Assembly (NCBI GenBank): GCA_963968165.1
Contig: CAXAFE010000002.1
Location: 72,244 to 136,243, forward strand
From: an uncultured Candidatus Poseidoniales archaeon
GTDB taxonomy: Archaea; Thermoplasmatota; Poseidoniia; Poseidoniales; Thalassarchaeaceae
Length of the DNA: 64,000 bases
Direction of reading: 5' to 3'
Both the position numbers and the translations under genes were made by a program. Below the pieces are notes generated by a model. It searched no databases. It was not told the DNA's origin and was given only the letters and a program-made list of their open reading frames with translations. Below, piece after piece: positions 28,125 through 38,738 of the stretch; the first letter of the stretch is position 1; each line of letters begins with the position of its first letter.

Positions 28125-29230
28125 ATATCTTTAGTATTTGTCTCTAACAGGCTTTGCCGTGCATCTGATAGGATTGATTCTATTTTTAGTTCGATATTCG
28201 ATTCTAGAGAGATTATTATTTCATTAATTTCCTTTTTTGATAATTCTTTTTTCTTAGAAAATTTTTCTTCTAGTATCGATAGCATTTCTAATTCTCTTTC
28301 CTTTACAAACAGCGCAAGTCTTTGTTCCATTTCTACTTCCTTTTCGAGTATCATCTCTTGCCTACGTAATGCCAGGGCTACTTCCATAGTTTCTCTTTCT
28401 GAACGGAATCTACGGTCTAAGTCTGCAAGTGCACCTCTTTCAGATTCCTCTTCAAGGGTTTGTATTCTTATATCTACATCTGAAATCATGTCTTTTTCTA
28501 AAGAATTACGTTCATTGGAGATTTGTTTTTCTAACTCAGATTCTCTATTTCTACGAGCATTGGCGAGTCTTTCTCTCATCTGTATCTCTTGATCTAACCT
28601 ATGTGTCTCTACTTTTCGATATACTTGAGATTCCATAGATTCTCTTAGGTCAATTTCTACTCTTCTTTCCATTCTTTCATTATTTTGTGTAGCCTCTAAC
28701 TCAAGTCTCTCACTCAAAAATGCCTTTCTCCTTGAAAAATCTATTTCCATTTCTTCCTTCAGTCTATTCCTCAACTTTGATGAATGGGCCTCTATTCTAC
28801 GGTCTCTTTCTAGATCTAATTGCTCCCTTAGTCTATTTTCTTCCCTTCTAAGGCGATGGAGCATTTCTTCTCTAAGAAGACGTTCTTCTCTCTCTAATGC
28901 TTCTGATTCTAACTTTTCCAGTTCATCTTCAAGTTCGGCCCTTAAATCTGTTTCAATTTGCTGAATTTGATCTTCGAACAAAATCTCATTGGCTTTTCTC
29001 ATTGCGCCGTGCATCCCTGATAGACGTTCTGACATCTCAGATATTCTAATTCGTCGCTCACGTCTTATTCCGGATCTTAATCTAGATTCTTCATCTAGTC
29101 TGTCCCTTGTTTTTGCTAAAGATTCCATGGTTGATGAAGAAGATATTGAATGCTGTGCTCGAAGTAGAGCAAGTTCGTCAGGTATTGAGTTTTCTTCATT
29201 TTCAGGAGACTTGCTTTCACTCACAGACAT
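28121..29230 (-). CDS. long charged coiled-coil protein
   Basis: About 330 aa E/R/L-rich helical sequence with no Pro after the N-terminal 17 aa; stop overlaps the parA stop. Confidence 0.75.
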   Translation of the reverse strand: MSVSESKSPENEENSIPDELALLRAQHSISSSSTMESLAKTRDRLDEESRLRSGIRRERRIRISEMSERLSGMHGAMRKANEILFEDQIQQIETDLRAELEDELEKLESEALEREERLLREEMLHRLRREENRLREQLDLERDRRIEAHSSKLRNRLKEEMEIDFSRRKAFLSERLELEATQNNERMERRVEIDLRESMESQVYRKVETHRLDQEIQMRERLANARRNRESELEKQISNERNSLEKDMISDVDIRIQTLEEESERGALADLDRRFRSERETMEVALALRRQEMILEKEVEMEQRLALFVKERELEMLSILEEKFSKKKELSKKEINEIIISLESNIELKIESILSDARQSLLETNTKDI

Positions 29231-29328
29231 CCATCCCCAACCTTACGGTAGTTTTTTTGTATTTGACTACGCAGGGTAATTTTTAAGTTATAATATGGTT
29301 TTTGATACCTTGAATGGTAAAATCAAAA

Positions 29329-29721
29329 TCAAAAAGTAACATTGAACGATGTCTCGCATGCTGGACAATCAAGTTCTCTTGTTCCTGGTCTGGGCCTTAT
29401 TCGTAATTGTCTTTCGCAACTTGGACAGTCAATTTCTACTTTGATAGATTTTTGAGTTAGGATAAATTTACTAGAACACGAGCTACATACCATATTTACA
29501 GGCCTTTCTTCTGTTCCAGCAACCAGAACTGTGCTGCAACTAGGGCAAGGTAATGATTCCGAAATTAATGATCTAACTGTTGGTGCATGAGATATCTTAC
29601 ATACTGCTAAACAAATCTCGCAAGTTATCTCTCCTAATCCCTGTGGTAGCATATGATTGCAATTTGGACATTCTGCTAATGGAGGAGCAAATTTTGATTC
29701 AATATATATTGTATCTGACAT
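29329..29721 (-). CDS. triple zinc-ribbon protein
   Basis: Six CxxC motifs (CPNC, CEIC, CPSC, CSSC, CPSC, CPAC) in three pairs. Confidence 0.75.
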   Translation of the reverse strand: MSDTIYIESKFAPPLAECPNCNHMLPQGLGEITCEICLAVCKISHAPTVRSLISESLPCPSCSTVLVAGTEERPVNMVCSSCSSKFILTQKSIKVEIDCPSCERQLRIRPRPGTRELDCPACETSFNVTF

Positions 29722-29740
29722 CTGGCAACTGACCTCTTAA

Positions 29741-32443
29741 TTAGATGGTAGTAGGGGGCTTCATAAAAAAACTTTGAAACAAAGTTTTGAATGACCCTAT
29801 GATATCTTCTTTTATATCATTCAATAAACTGGATAAGATTGATAGTCTGGAGATTCCTGAATCTGAAACCCACATACCATTTAATATAACAACAAATACA
29901 CTTAATTCATGTAAGGCTATTCCCAATGCTAGATTTATTTGAAGACCGAGAATAACTGTTGAGACTAAAAATACAGTTACCATCAAGGATATTGCTATAT
30001 TTAAGAAAACTATATTTCTAGTTTTCTTTGCTAAGTCGATTAATTTGATAATTGCTTGAGGATTATTTCCTGGTATTAATACATCGGCTGCATCTAAATT
30101 TACCTGCTCTCCAGATCCTACTGCAATACCTACAGTCGCAGCAGCTAGAGCCCCGGCATCGTTAAATCCATCTCCAGCCATCAGAGTTTTTTGATTAATT
30201 ACTTTTTTAGACACGATTTTTGCTTTCTCCTCAGGATTAACTCCGCCTCTACAAACTACGGAGCTTAACCCAATATCTTTTGCAAATAATTCTACACTAT
30301 TTTGTTCATCTCCACTTAATATTTCAATTTCGATATTTCTTTCCTGAAGACTAGAAATTAATTCATTTACGCCTTCTCTTGCTTCATCATGGGAAAATGA
30401 GAATACGGCAACTGCTTGGCCTTCAACAGCCAAAACACTTATTCCATAGCCTTTATTTCTCATTTCATTAACTGAATTATTAATTGATTTTGGTATTTTT
30501 ATATTTGATTTTTTTAACCAATCAAATCTCCCAATAACTATATTTTTATTATTGATTTGTCCAAATATCCCAGCGTCGCCATCCTCGATATGAGTCACTA
30601 AATCGGGAATTATTGATCGATGATTTGATTCATTGATTATATTATTCGCATAGGGATGATTGGAGCGTTGTTCTAGTCCTGCCGCTAAGCTTAATGCTTT
30701 TACTTCTTTGAAACCGGGGATTGTAAAAATTTCTTCTAAAGTAGATTTACCGCTAGTTAATGTTCCAGTCTTATCAAACAACGCTACTTCAATTCCTGCT
30801 GCAACTTCCAGTACATCTCCCCCTCTTGCAACTAATCCATGGGCAGAAGCAGATGAAAGTGCAGTTGCATGTGGAACTGGAGAAGCCAGTAAAAGTGAAC
30901 ACGGGCAAGAAACAACCCAAAGTATCAAAGTATTGAAAATATTACCAGTTAATAATCCAATAATTGGAGCCATTATTAAGACAAATGGGACCCAAATAGA
31001 TGTAAAATTTTCTATTAATGTATGTGTTTTGGTAGGTTTATCTCTATATTTTCTGACTAGATCAATTAAACTGGATAGGCGTGTATCTTCTCCACTTGCT
31101 TCACATTTTACTAATATCGGACCCTGTGTTAAGACTAATCCTGCTTCTATAAAGTCCCCTTTTTTTATTATTATTGGAATTGGTTCACCGGTAAGTGGGG
31201 CTTTGTCTACAGCTCCATTTCCCTCGATAATAATTCCATCTACTGGAATTATCTCACCAGATCTAACCTCTATATTATCACCTAAATTAACCGCTTCAAT
31301 AGGCATTAAATCAGTATCATAACAATCTTGTAAGTTAGCATTTAGAGAGATTCCGGTTACAGGAATTAATCCCTCTATACGAAAATTATTATTATTATTA
31401 TTATTATTATGATTGGGTAAATGTATTCTCGCATATCGTGGAATTCTATCAAAACCACCTTGCATAGCATTTCTAGCCCTTATCAGAGCCCTATTTTCCA
31501 GATGAGATGCGAACGCAACTAGTCCTGAAACCATTAATGCTTCGGGATATTCCCCTAATAGCATCGCACCGATAACAGCCAAAGATGTAAGAATTTGGAA
31601 TCCTAAAACTCGATGTTGGATACTCGCTATAGCCTCTTTGAACATATAATATGATGAAAATGATAAACCTATTAATGAAATAAATAATGTAGACCACCAT
31701 GGTATTGAATTATTCATATCCATTAATAATACAATCAATATAATTGGAATAGTAAGAATGGAGCCTATTAACTGTAGATTTTCCTTGTTAAGATCAGAGT
31801 ATTGGACCTTAGAAAAGGTATAATTAGATCCAAAAAAATATTCTAAACCTTTGATTTGAGATTTTTTCATTTCAGAATTCGTAATATCCAATAACTGTAT
31901 TTCTATTCTATCAGACTTAATTCTGGCATTCAATATTCCTATTATATTTGAAATGGAGTTGGTTAATTTTTTTCCCTTTAAACCTACTTTTTTTTCGATC
32001 TGATGTAGTTTTATACTATTTACTGTAACCCAATCTAAATCTGCAGAATGACCAAGTCTTTCCAAAACAGAAGAAGTACGAGAAATGTTGCCTATAGATA
32101 CATCCAAGGTTATGCTAACTTTTCCTTCAGTTGCAGATACTGAACATTCTATGATTCCTGGTAATCTACTAACCGCTTTTGAAGCCTTCATGGCACAATC
32201 GGGACAGTCCATTCCATTTATTTTCCAATCGAATTCATAATCACCATCCAAAACTAAAACACTATCATCCAAATTAATTTCATTAACTGATAATTCTGCA
32301 TCTAAGACATTTTGAGAATTATTCTTATTTTTAGAAAAGATATTTTTAATATTTTTAAAAGGAGAATCTAATGGAGTCTCGGTTTGAGATTCTGTATATT
32401 CATCATCTTCTAGGATCAAAAACTCTTCTCCGTCTTCATCCAT
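29741..32443 (-). CDS. heavy-metal P1B-type ATPase
   Basis: HMA GMDCPDC, LTGE, SCPC, DKTGT, HP, GDGFND, LHE in a late TM helix. Confidence 0.93.
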   Translation of the reverse strand: MDEDGEEFLILEDDEYTESQTETPLDSPFKNIKNIFSKNKNNSQNVLDAELSVNEINLDDSVLVLDGDYEFDWKINGMDCPDCAMKASKAVSRLPGIIECSVSATEGKVSITLDVSIGNISRTSSVLERLGHSADLDWVTVNSIKLHQIEKKVGLKGKKLTNSISNIIGILNARIKSDRIEIQLLDITNSEMKKSQIKGLEYFFGSNYTFSKVQYSDLNKENLQLIGSILTIPIILIVLLMDMNNSIPWWSTLFISLIGLSFSSYYMFKEAIASIQHRVLGFQILTSLAVIGAMLLGEYPEALMVSGLVAFASHLENRALIRARNAMQGGFDRIPRYARIHLPNHNNNNNNNNFRIEGLIPVTGISLNANLQDCYDTDLMPIEAVNLGDNIEVRSGEIIPVDGIIIEGNGAVDKAPLTGEPIPIIIKKGDFIEAGLVLTQGPILVKCEASGEDTRLSSLIDLVRKYRDKPTKTHTLIENFTSIWVPFVLIMAPIIGLLTGNIFNTLILWVVSCPCSLLLASPVPHATALSSASAHGLVARGGDVLEVAAGIEVALFDKTGTLTSGKSTLEEIFTIPGFKEVKALSLAAGLEQRSNHPYANNIINESNHRSIIPDLVTHIEDGDAGIFGQINNKNIVIGRFDWLKKSNIKIPKSINNSVNEMRNKGYGISVLAVEGQAVAVFSFSHDEAREGVNELISSLQERNIEIEILSGDEQNSVELFAKDIGLSSVVCRGGVNPEEKAKIVSKKVINQKTLMAGDGFNDAGALAAATVGIAVGSGEQVNLDAADVLIPGNNPQAIIKLIDLAKKTRNIVFLNIAISLMVTVFLVSTVILGLQINLALGIALHELSVFVVILNGMWVSDSGISRLSILSSLLNDIKEDIIGSFKTLFQSFFMKPPTTI
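31385..31408. repeat. (ATT)8 trinucleotide microsatellite encoding poly-Asn
   Basis: Eight ATT units; reads NNNNNNNN in the ATPase. Confidence 0.85.
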
Positions 32444-32512
32444 GATATATCCAGTAGGAGTACCTCTTTGAACGTGATGAGTCTAAGATAACAAACGGTG
32501 GTATCATGACGT

Positions 32513-33280
32513 GTGGCGTTTTCGCAGATAAGTATGGAAGAGTTTCTTGAAGGTACTGATTGGGAAATGGTGGTATTTGATATAGATGGGACATTGATGG
32601 ATTTCGAAGGATTTGATCCTAATATGATTCCATTAATTCGTAAATTGGAAGATTTAGGACTTATAGTTTCACTGGCATCAGGCAGAACCTTGCCCAATAT
32701 TACTCCAATAATGCAATCATTGAACTTATCCGGATTTATAATTGCTGAAAATGGCGGAATTGTGTGGGACTCTGTAAAAGGACATGAAATCAGAGTTTTA
32801 GCAGATGGGTCTCGTGCTAAAAAAGCTGCAGAATGGCTATCAACAAAAATAGATGGTTTTGATCCAAAAGGAATTGAGTCTAACAGATGGAGAGAAACGG
32901 AGTGGTGCCTTCGTCCAGAGGAAGATTATAATAGAATGTGTGAATTATTATCAGATAGTAAATGGGATGACTTATTAGTAGTAAAAACTGGATTCGCCAT
33001 ACATATAATATCCTCTAAAATAGATAAATCAGTTGGATTAGAGTTGGCTTTAAGACAGCGTGAAATCAAACCAAGTAAAATTATTGCATGCGGAGATGGG
33101 CCTAACGATATTCCCATGTTTGAAATTGCAGGTTTCTCAGTTGCCATAGATAAACGATTTGATGAGGTAATAGAAGCCGCGGATTACAACACGATTGCTA
33201 ATGGAAAGAATGGTACCATTGAGTTCCTTGAAAATTTAATAGAAATATTAGACAAGAAGAGTGCAGATGGCAGGATTTGA
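32513..33280 (+). CDS. HAD IIB hydrolase (archaeal phosphoglycolate phosphatase-like)
   Basis: FDIDGTL, ASGR, IAENGG, DK, GDGPND. Confidence 0.88.
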   Translation: MAFSQISMEEFLEGTDWEMVVFDIDGTLMDFEGFDPNMIPLIRKLEDLGLIVSLASGRTLPNITPIMQSLNLSGFIIAENGGIVWDSVKGHEIRVLADGSRAKKAAEWLSTKIDGFDPKGIESNRWRETEWCLRPEEDYNRMCELLSDSKWDDLLVVKTGFAIHIISSKIDKSVGLELALRQREIKPSKIIACGDGPNDIPMFEIAGFSVAIDKRFDEVIEAADYNTIANGKNGTIEFLENLIEILDKKSADGRI

Positions 33281-33343
33281 ACCTGCGAAGCACTACGCAA
33301 CGGAACTTGAGCCCGTCCCCTTTGACCACTCGGGTACATCTGC
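33262..33343 (-). tRNA. tRNA-Leu(CAA)
   Basis: Reverse strand GCAGATG...CATCTGCA; anticodon loop CTCAAGT; long variable arm; GGTTCAAATCC; no encoded CCA. Confidence 0.93.
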
Positions 33344-33455
33344 AGTTCCCGGGGACAATACTACTTTTTGATACTCACGCATAAAGAATAGAAATCTGAG
33401 TATTTAGGGGATTGTTCATTTATCTCCTGCTATGCAGGCGCTATAGGTCAACCGC

Positions 33456-34322
33456 GTGCTGGGCAATGATGATGTTCTAAGATTAAGTAATTATGAACTA
33501 ATAGCGGTAGAAAAAGCAATATTTGAAGTATCTAGAAAACAAAAATCTCAGACAATTCCTGTAGATTTACCTAGAGAAAATTTTTGGTCTGCTGTTAGAC
33601 AGTTACTATATCACCTTGATACTGAATGTTCTGAGACAATACGTAAGGAAGGTGGGCATACTACAAAATCACAGTTACAAACTAGAAGATTAAATGTTCT
33701 TAGAACCTGTGTTAATGACATAACAAGATTGAGAATGAATGCATTTGCACAGCATGCAATACTTTCTAATTTGGTTAAGACCGGTGATGGAGTATCGGCC
33801 TTTACAGGGAATATAAAGAAAATAGATTGGAGTAGGCATGACCCTGCGGAACGAAAATTTTACAGAGGAATATTAGATTATACTGATAAGTACAAACTAG
33901 ACGTTCAATGGGATGGTTTACTAAAAGGTGTAGAAAGTATTATTGAAGAAGTACAAATATCTACAGGGCACAAAAGTCTTGAAGAATTTAATGAAGACAA
34001 GGATGAAGATATTGTTATAAAAATACCAGAAATTAAAGAAGATTGGGAAGATCCTGAATATGATGAAGAGGATCGTATTAGAGAAATAGAGGATTTTCCA
34101 TATCAAGTTAGCCATATTGCTCCGGATCAAGAAAATATTATCTCTGGTAGGAATAATTCCTCAAATTTGCGAAGAATAAAAATATTAAAGGACTTAAATG
34201 ACCCGATTATAACTGAAGATGGAACTGAAATATTACTAATAGCAGGCGATATTGAATCTTGTCCAGCATTGATTGCTGATACTCTTATTGCTGCAGGTTT
34301 GGCCGAATCTGCTCCAATATAA
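33456..34322 (+). CDS. GINS complex subunit (Gins51-like)
   Basis: Helical N-domain, acidic linker, C-terminal B-domain RIKILKDL..IITEDG...LIAGDI..CP..IADTLIAAGLAE. Confidence 0.7.
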   Translation: MLGNDDVLRLSNYELIAVEKAIFEVSRKQKSQTIPVDLPRENFWSAVRQLLYHLDTECSETIRKEGGHTTKSQLQTRRLNVLRTCVNDITRLRMNAFAQHAILSNLVKTGDGVSAFTGNIKKIDWSRHDPAERKFYRGILDYTDKYKLDVQWDGLLKGVESIIEEVQISTGHKSLEEFNEDKDEDIVIKIPEIKEDWEDPEYDEEDRIREIEDFPYQVSHIAPDQENIISGRNNSSNLRRIKILKDLNDPIITEDGTEILLIAGDIESCPALIADTLIAAGLAESAPI

Positions 34323-34344
34323 TAATTAAAAAAAGAGGGATAAA

Positions 34345-35694
34345 ATGAATACAGAAATAACCGAAGAACAAATTAAAAAATATAGGGAAAAATTTGTAAA
34401 TGATACAATGGCAAAAATTGCTCAAAATGCTGTTACTAATGTCCCGCTTCCAAAGTTAACATTGAATAGAGAACTGATTCAGCAAATAGATGCATCTTTT
34501 AGTACAAAATTAGACAAATGGTCTGTAACAAACCAGAAAAGTAGTGGAAGATGTTGGTTGTTTGCTACACTGAATTTATTTAGAGTTGGGGCGATGGAAA
34601 AGATGAACATTAAGAATTTTGAATTTAGTCAAGCCCACATCCATTTTTGGGATAAATTTGAGCGATCTAATCACTTATTGGAATCTATAATAGAAACTTC
34701 AGATAGAAATATTGATGATCGTACGGTAGGATTCCTACTAGGAGATCCAATCGGAGATGGCGGGCAATGGAATATGGCTACTAATCTAATAAGGAAACAT
34801 GGCCTAGTTCCTAAATCTGCATATCCAGAATCCAATAGCAGTAGTTCAACAAGGTGGATGAACGCTATGCTGAAGGATATACTTAGAACCTCGGCAAGTG
34901 AGATAAGGCATATCTTGGATAATGGTGGAAGTATAGGTGAAGCTAGAAATCATAAAGAAAAGAGAATTGAAGATATTTGGAAAATTTTGTGTATTCACCT
35001 CGGTACACCTCCGGAGAGTTTTGATTGGCAATGGCGAGATAAGGATGGAGATTTTCATAGTAAAGGGTCAATGACTCCAAAAGAATTTGCTACGGAATAT
35101 GTTGATATTGATTGGGAAGAATATATTTGTCTTGTCCATGATCCGAGAAATAAACTAATGCAGACATACACTGTAGATTATCTACAAAATGTTGCAGGTG
35201 GCCCCCCAGTAATTTATCTTAATATTGATATTAATTCAATGAAGAAGATAACTCAAAAATTACTTGAAGATGGATTACCTGTTTGGATGGGTTGTGATGT
35301 AGGTAAACAAATGGAAAGAGAGCGAGGCCTATGGGATGCTAACTTATATCAATATGAGGAGTTGTACGATATTAAATTTGGAATGAATAAATCAAATAGG
35401 TTACAACATGGACAAACAATGATGACACATGCAATGCTATTTACGGGAGTGGATGTTGTAGAGGGAAAGTCTAGAAGATGGAGAGTTGAAAACTCATGGG
35501 GTTCAGATAAAAGTGGAGAAAAGGGCTATTTCACTATGAATGATAATTGGTTTGATGAATATATGTTCGAAATTGCTGCACCAAAATCATATTTATCAGA
35601 AGAAATGCTGGACGGACTAAAGACCATCCCTGAAGTATTACCTGCTTGGGACCCTATGGGTAGTTTAGCAAAAGAAGCATTAAACTTTAATTAA
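34345..35694 (+). CDS. pepC: C1B cysteine aminopeptidase (PepC / bleomycin hydrolase)
   Basis: NQKSSGRCWLF, DGGQW, THAM, VENSWG, PAWDPMGSLA. Confidence 0.95.
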   Translation: MNTEITEEQIKKYREKFVNDTMAKIAQNAVTNVPLPKLTLNRELIQQIDASFSTKLDKWSVTNQKSSGRCWLFATLNLFRVGAMEKMNIKNFEFSQAHIHFWDKFERSNHLLESIIETSDRNIDDRTVGFLLGDPIGDGGQWNMATNLIRKHGLVPKSAYPESNSSSSTRWMNAMLKDILRTSASEIRHILDNGGSIGEARNHKEKRIEDIWKILCIHLGTPPESFDWQWRDKDGDFHSKGSMTPKEFATEYVDIDWEEYICLVHDPRNKLMQTYTVDYLQNVAGGPPVIYLNIDINSMKKITQKLLEDGLPVWMGCDVGKQMERERGLWDANLYQYEELYDIKFGMNKSNRLQHGQTMMTHAMLFTGVDVVEGKSRRWRVENSWGSDKSGEKGYFTMNDNWFDEYMFEIAAPKSYLSEEMLDGLKTIPEVLPAWDPMGSLAKEALNFN

Positions 35695-35709
35695 TTATTA
35701 ATGCCTTAA

Positions 35710-36039
35710 TTATCCTAAATTACGAAGAGATAATTCTATAGTGACACTATCTGGAATTGGGATTCTTAGAACTTTCCTCAATGATTTTTCATCTTTTGAG
35801 GAATTAGTAACTAATTCAAGTAATCTTTTGTGGACTCTCATTTCCCAGTGATCCCAAGTTTCTGCACCTTCTCCATCAGGACTTTTTCTACAAGGCACTA
35901 ATAATTTTTTAGTAGGTAATGGAATAGGTCCTCTCAATTTTACACCTGTTTCATCTGAAATAAATTTAATTTGTTTACAAACAGTATCAACATCAGTATG
36001 ATTATCTCCAGTTAGTTTGATAGTAGTTACAACAGGCAT
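35710..36039 (-). CDS. rps10: 30S ribosomal protein uS10
   Basis: GPIPLPTK, RKSPDGEG, WEMRVHKRL. Confidence 0.96.
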   Translation of the reverse strand: MPVVTTIKLTGDNHTDVDTVCKQIKFISDETGVKLRGPIPLPTKKLLVPCRKSPDGEGAETWDHWEMRVHKRLLELVTNSSKDEKSLRKVLRIPIPDSVTIELSLRNLG

Positions 36040-36070
36040 GTCGTTCACTCCGATATCACTTTTTGAAATA

Positions 36071-37357
36071 TTACTGTTTCTTTTCTATCTTCATGCATAC
36101 GCCAGCGGCTACAGTTTTACCCATATCTCTGATAGCGAATCTTGCTAATTCTGGGAAAGCAGACATTTCTTCAATAGCCATAGGTTTAGTAGGCATAAAT
36201 CTGATTAAGGCTGCATCTCCAGATTTAAGGAATGCTGGATTTGCTTCTTTGGTTTTAGCATTCTCTAAAAGATCTACAAATCTAACTGCTACTTGAGACG
36301 TGTGTGCATGGAATACTGGAGTATATCCTGCACCTATCGCTTTAGGTATATCCATAATTTGAATTTGTCCTACAAAAGTCTCGTCATGACGTACGAAAAC
36401 AGGTGCGGATTCTGGGTAACCAGCAACGTCACCTCTACGGATATCTGTTGCGGCTAATCCTCTAACATTGAATCCAACGTTATCACCAGGCTCGGCTTTT
36501 TCATGCATGGTGTGGTGCATTTCTATACTCTTAACTTCAGCAGATTTTTGGCTTGGATTAAATACAACAGTCTTACCAGAATTTAGAATACCTGTTTCTA
36601 CCTTACCAACTGGGACGGTACCTATTCCACTAATCTTGTAGACATCCTGAATAGGTAATCTAAGTGGACGATCTGTTGGTTTTGGAGGCATCTTTATTCC
36701 ATCAATTGCTTCGAAAAGAGTCATTCCCTTATACCAAGGCATGTTTGAGCTTTTGTTGTAGATATTTTCTCCGAAGAAAGATGAACCAGCAATAAAAGGT
36801 ACATCTGCAGGATTGAACCCTGCTGTCTTAAGAAGATTTGAGACTTCAGTTACTACTGAATTATATTTATCCTCCGAATAATCCACTCCACTAATATCCA
36901 TCTTATTGATATTAACAATCAATTGTTTTACTCCAAGAACTCTTGCTAGGAAAGCATGTTCTTTAGTCTGTGCATTTACTCCATCATTTGCAGCAACACA
37001 TAGAACCGCGGCATCTGCTTGACTTGTTCCAGTAATCATATTCTTTACGAAATCACGGTGACCTGGTGCATCTATTACTGTGAAATAATAGTTAGGAGTA
37101 AAAAATTCTTTGTGAGCTACATCAATTGTTATCCCTCGCTCTCTTTCTTCCTTAAGTCCATCCATAACATATGCTAAACCAAATCCAGCTTTACCCTGTT
37201 CTTGGGCAAGTTTTTCGTTCTTATCGATAACGTGCTGCTCAATATGTCCACTGTCTAGTAATAATCTACCAACAGTTGTAGACTTTCCGTGGTCAACGTG
37301 TCCGACGAATACTATATTCAAATGATCTTTTTTCTTATCTTCCCATTGTGAGCCCAT
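36071..37357 (-). CDS. tuf: elongation factor 1-alpha
   Basis: [47 protein letters not shown] before ATG 37357. Confidence 0.97.
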   Translation of the reverse strand: MGSQWEDKKKDHLNIVFVGHVDHGKSTTVGRLLLDSGHIEQHVIDKNEKLAQEQGKAGFGLAYVMDGLKEERERGITIDVAHKEFFTPNYYFTVIDAPGHRDFVKNMITGTSQADAAVLCVAANDGVNAQTKEHAFLARVLGVKQLIVNINKMDISGVDYSEDKYNSVVTEVSNLLKTAGFNPADVPFIAGSSFFGENIYNKSSNMPWYKGMTLFEAIDGIKMPPKPTDRPLRLPIQDVYKISGIGTVPVGKVETGILNSGKTVVFNPSQKSAEVKSIEMHHTMHEKAEPGDNVGFNVRGLAATDIRRGDVAGYPESAPVFVRHDETFVGQIQIMDIPKAIGAGYTPVFHAHTSQVAVRFVDLLENAKTKEANPAFLKSGDAALIRFMPTKPMAIEEMSAFPELARFAIRDMGKTVAAGVCMKIEKKQ

Positions 37358-37470
37358 TATATACACCTCTAATGTAATCCCGCCGACTAATGATGTGTAT
37401 ATGAATCGTTCCCCCCACAATAAAAATGGAGAATCTTGTCAGCGTGTAGATTATTGATAATAAAAAGCAA

Positions 37471-38667
37471 TTAGCGGTATTGTAATTCTATCACCATAAA
37501 TTTTACATCTGTATTGTGGGTTTCTTCGTTCTTTAAGTCTATAGACCAAGTTCCAGGTTCATATTGCCTTACAGTTGAACCTCCTATTTGTATCCAGACA
37601 CAATAATCGTCTCCACTACAATCACCGGCATCTCGGTTATCATTACCAAGCGAGGTGGTATTAGTTACTGGTTCATCAGTACTGTTGAAAAGATACATGT
37701 CTAATTTGTTATTAGTAGTTCCACCAACACCGCCCAATGGTTGATCATCATCATCTTGCGGATATGTTAATTTTGCTCTCATATATCTTAATCTATCTTT
37801 ATCATCATTATAATTTAGAGGAAATTCCCATTTTAACTCACATGGATCTTCGTTACAAGAGGGTGCGCGTCCCAATACAAAGTCTTTCCAAACTCCTCGA
37901 TAGTTTACATAAACCATAGAATCATCATGATCTATGAAGCCATTATTATCTTCTATGATAAGCCTGATTTCCCATGCACCTGTTGGGACATCTTTCCATT
38001 CAAATGTTTCTCCGGTTGCATCTACATCATTTTCAGTATTGCCGTCACCATCAGAATCGGTGTATGTATCTAAATCCCATTTGTAACTAACAATATATTC
38101 TTCTGCGTAACACTCTGAGTTGTCAGGATTGCATCCGGCCCATGAATTTGACCCATCTAATAATAATGTGGTTGAAACTATGATATCTCTATCATCGATT
38201 TCTTTATCATCCTCACAAACCCAAATCAACACAAAGGATCCAGAAGGGGGTTCTTCATCTTCACAATCATTTTGTTTTTCAGATTTAATTTCTGCATTAG
38301 GTTCTCTTGCATCTGAACCAACCACATTGATTTTTTTAGTCACTGTAGTTTCGTGAACTCCATCGCCGACATTTAATTTTACGGTAAAATCACCTTTATT
38401 CGCATAAGTATGGCTAGTAGTTAAGCCCTGACCGACATTGCCATCTCCGAAATCCCAATCAAATGTCAGAGAATCTCCATCTTCATCTGAAGTTCCTATT
38501 GCGCTAAAGGTTACAGATTCAGTGGCTTTTATTGTTCCCGAAGGATCTATTGTCATCGTAACTGTTGGAGGAGAATTGTCATCAAATATATCAGTACATC
38601 CAGCAAAGAATGGGCAGAATAACAACAGCACAATCAACGAAGCAATGGGGCGGGTGTGCTCCTTCAT
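37471..38667 (-). CDS. PKD-domain lipoprotein
   Basis: FFAGC lipobox; FDWDFGDG..SHTY PKD motif; DSDGDG Ca-binding-like loop. Confidence 0.85.
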   Translation of the reverse strand: MKEHTRPIASLIVLLLFCPFFAGCTDIFDDNSPPTVTMTIDPSGTIKATESVTFSAIGTSDEDGDSLTFDWDFGDGNVGQGLTTSHTYANKGDFTVKLNVGDGVHETTVTKKINVVGSDAREPNAEIKSEKQNDCEDEEPPSGSFVLIWVCEDDKEIDDRDIIVSTTLLLDGSNSWAGCNPDNSECYAEEYIVSYKWDLDTYTDSDGDGNTENDVDATGETFEWKDVPTGAWEIRLIIEDNNGFIDHDDSMVYVNYRGVWKDFVLGRAPSCNEDPCELKWEFPLNYNDDKDRLRYMRAKLTYPQDDDDQPLGGVGGTTNNKLDMYLFNSTDEPVTNTTSLGNDNRDAGDCSGDDYCVWIQIGGSTVRQYEPGTWSIDLKNEETHNTDVKFMVIELQYR

Positions 38668-38738
38668 ACCCTGTCGTATTGATTAAACAAAATTAACCCC
38701 ACGGCCTGAAGTGTGAAATATTTATATAAAATATTAAG

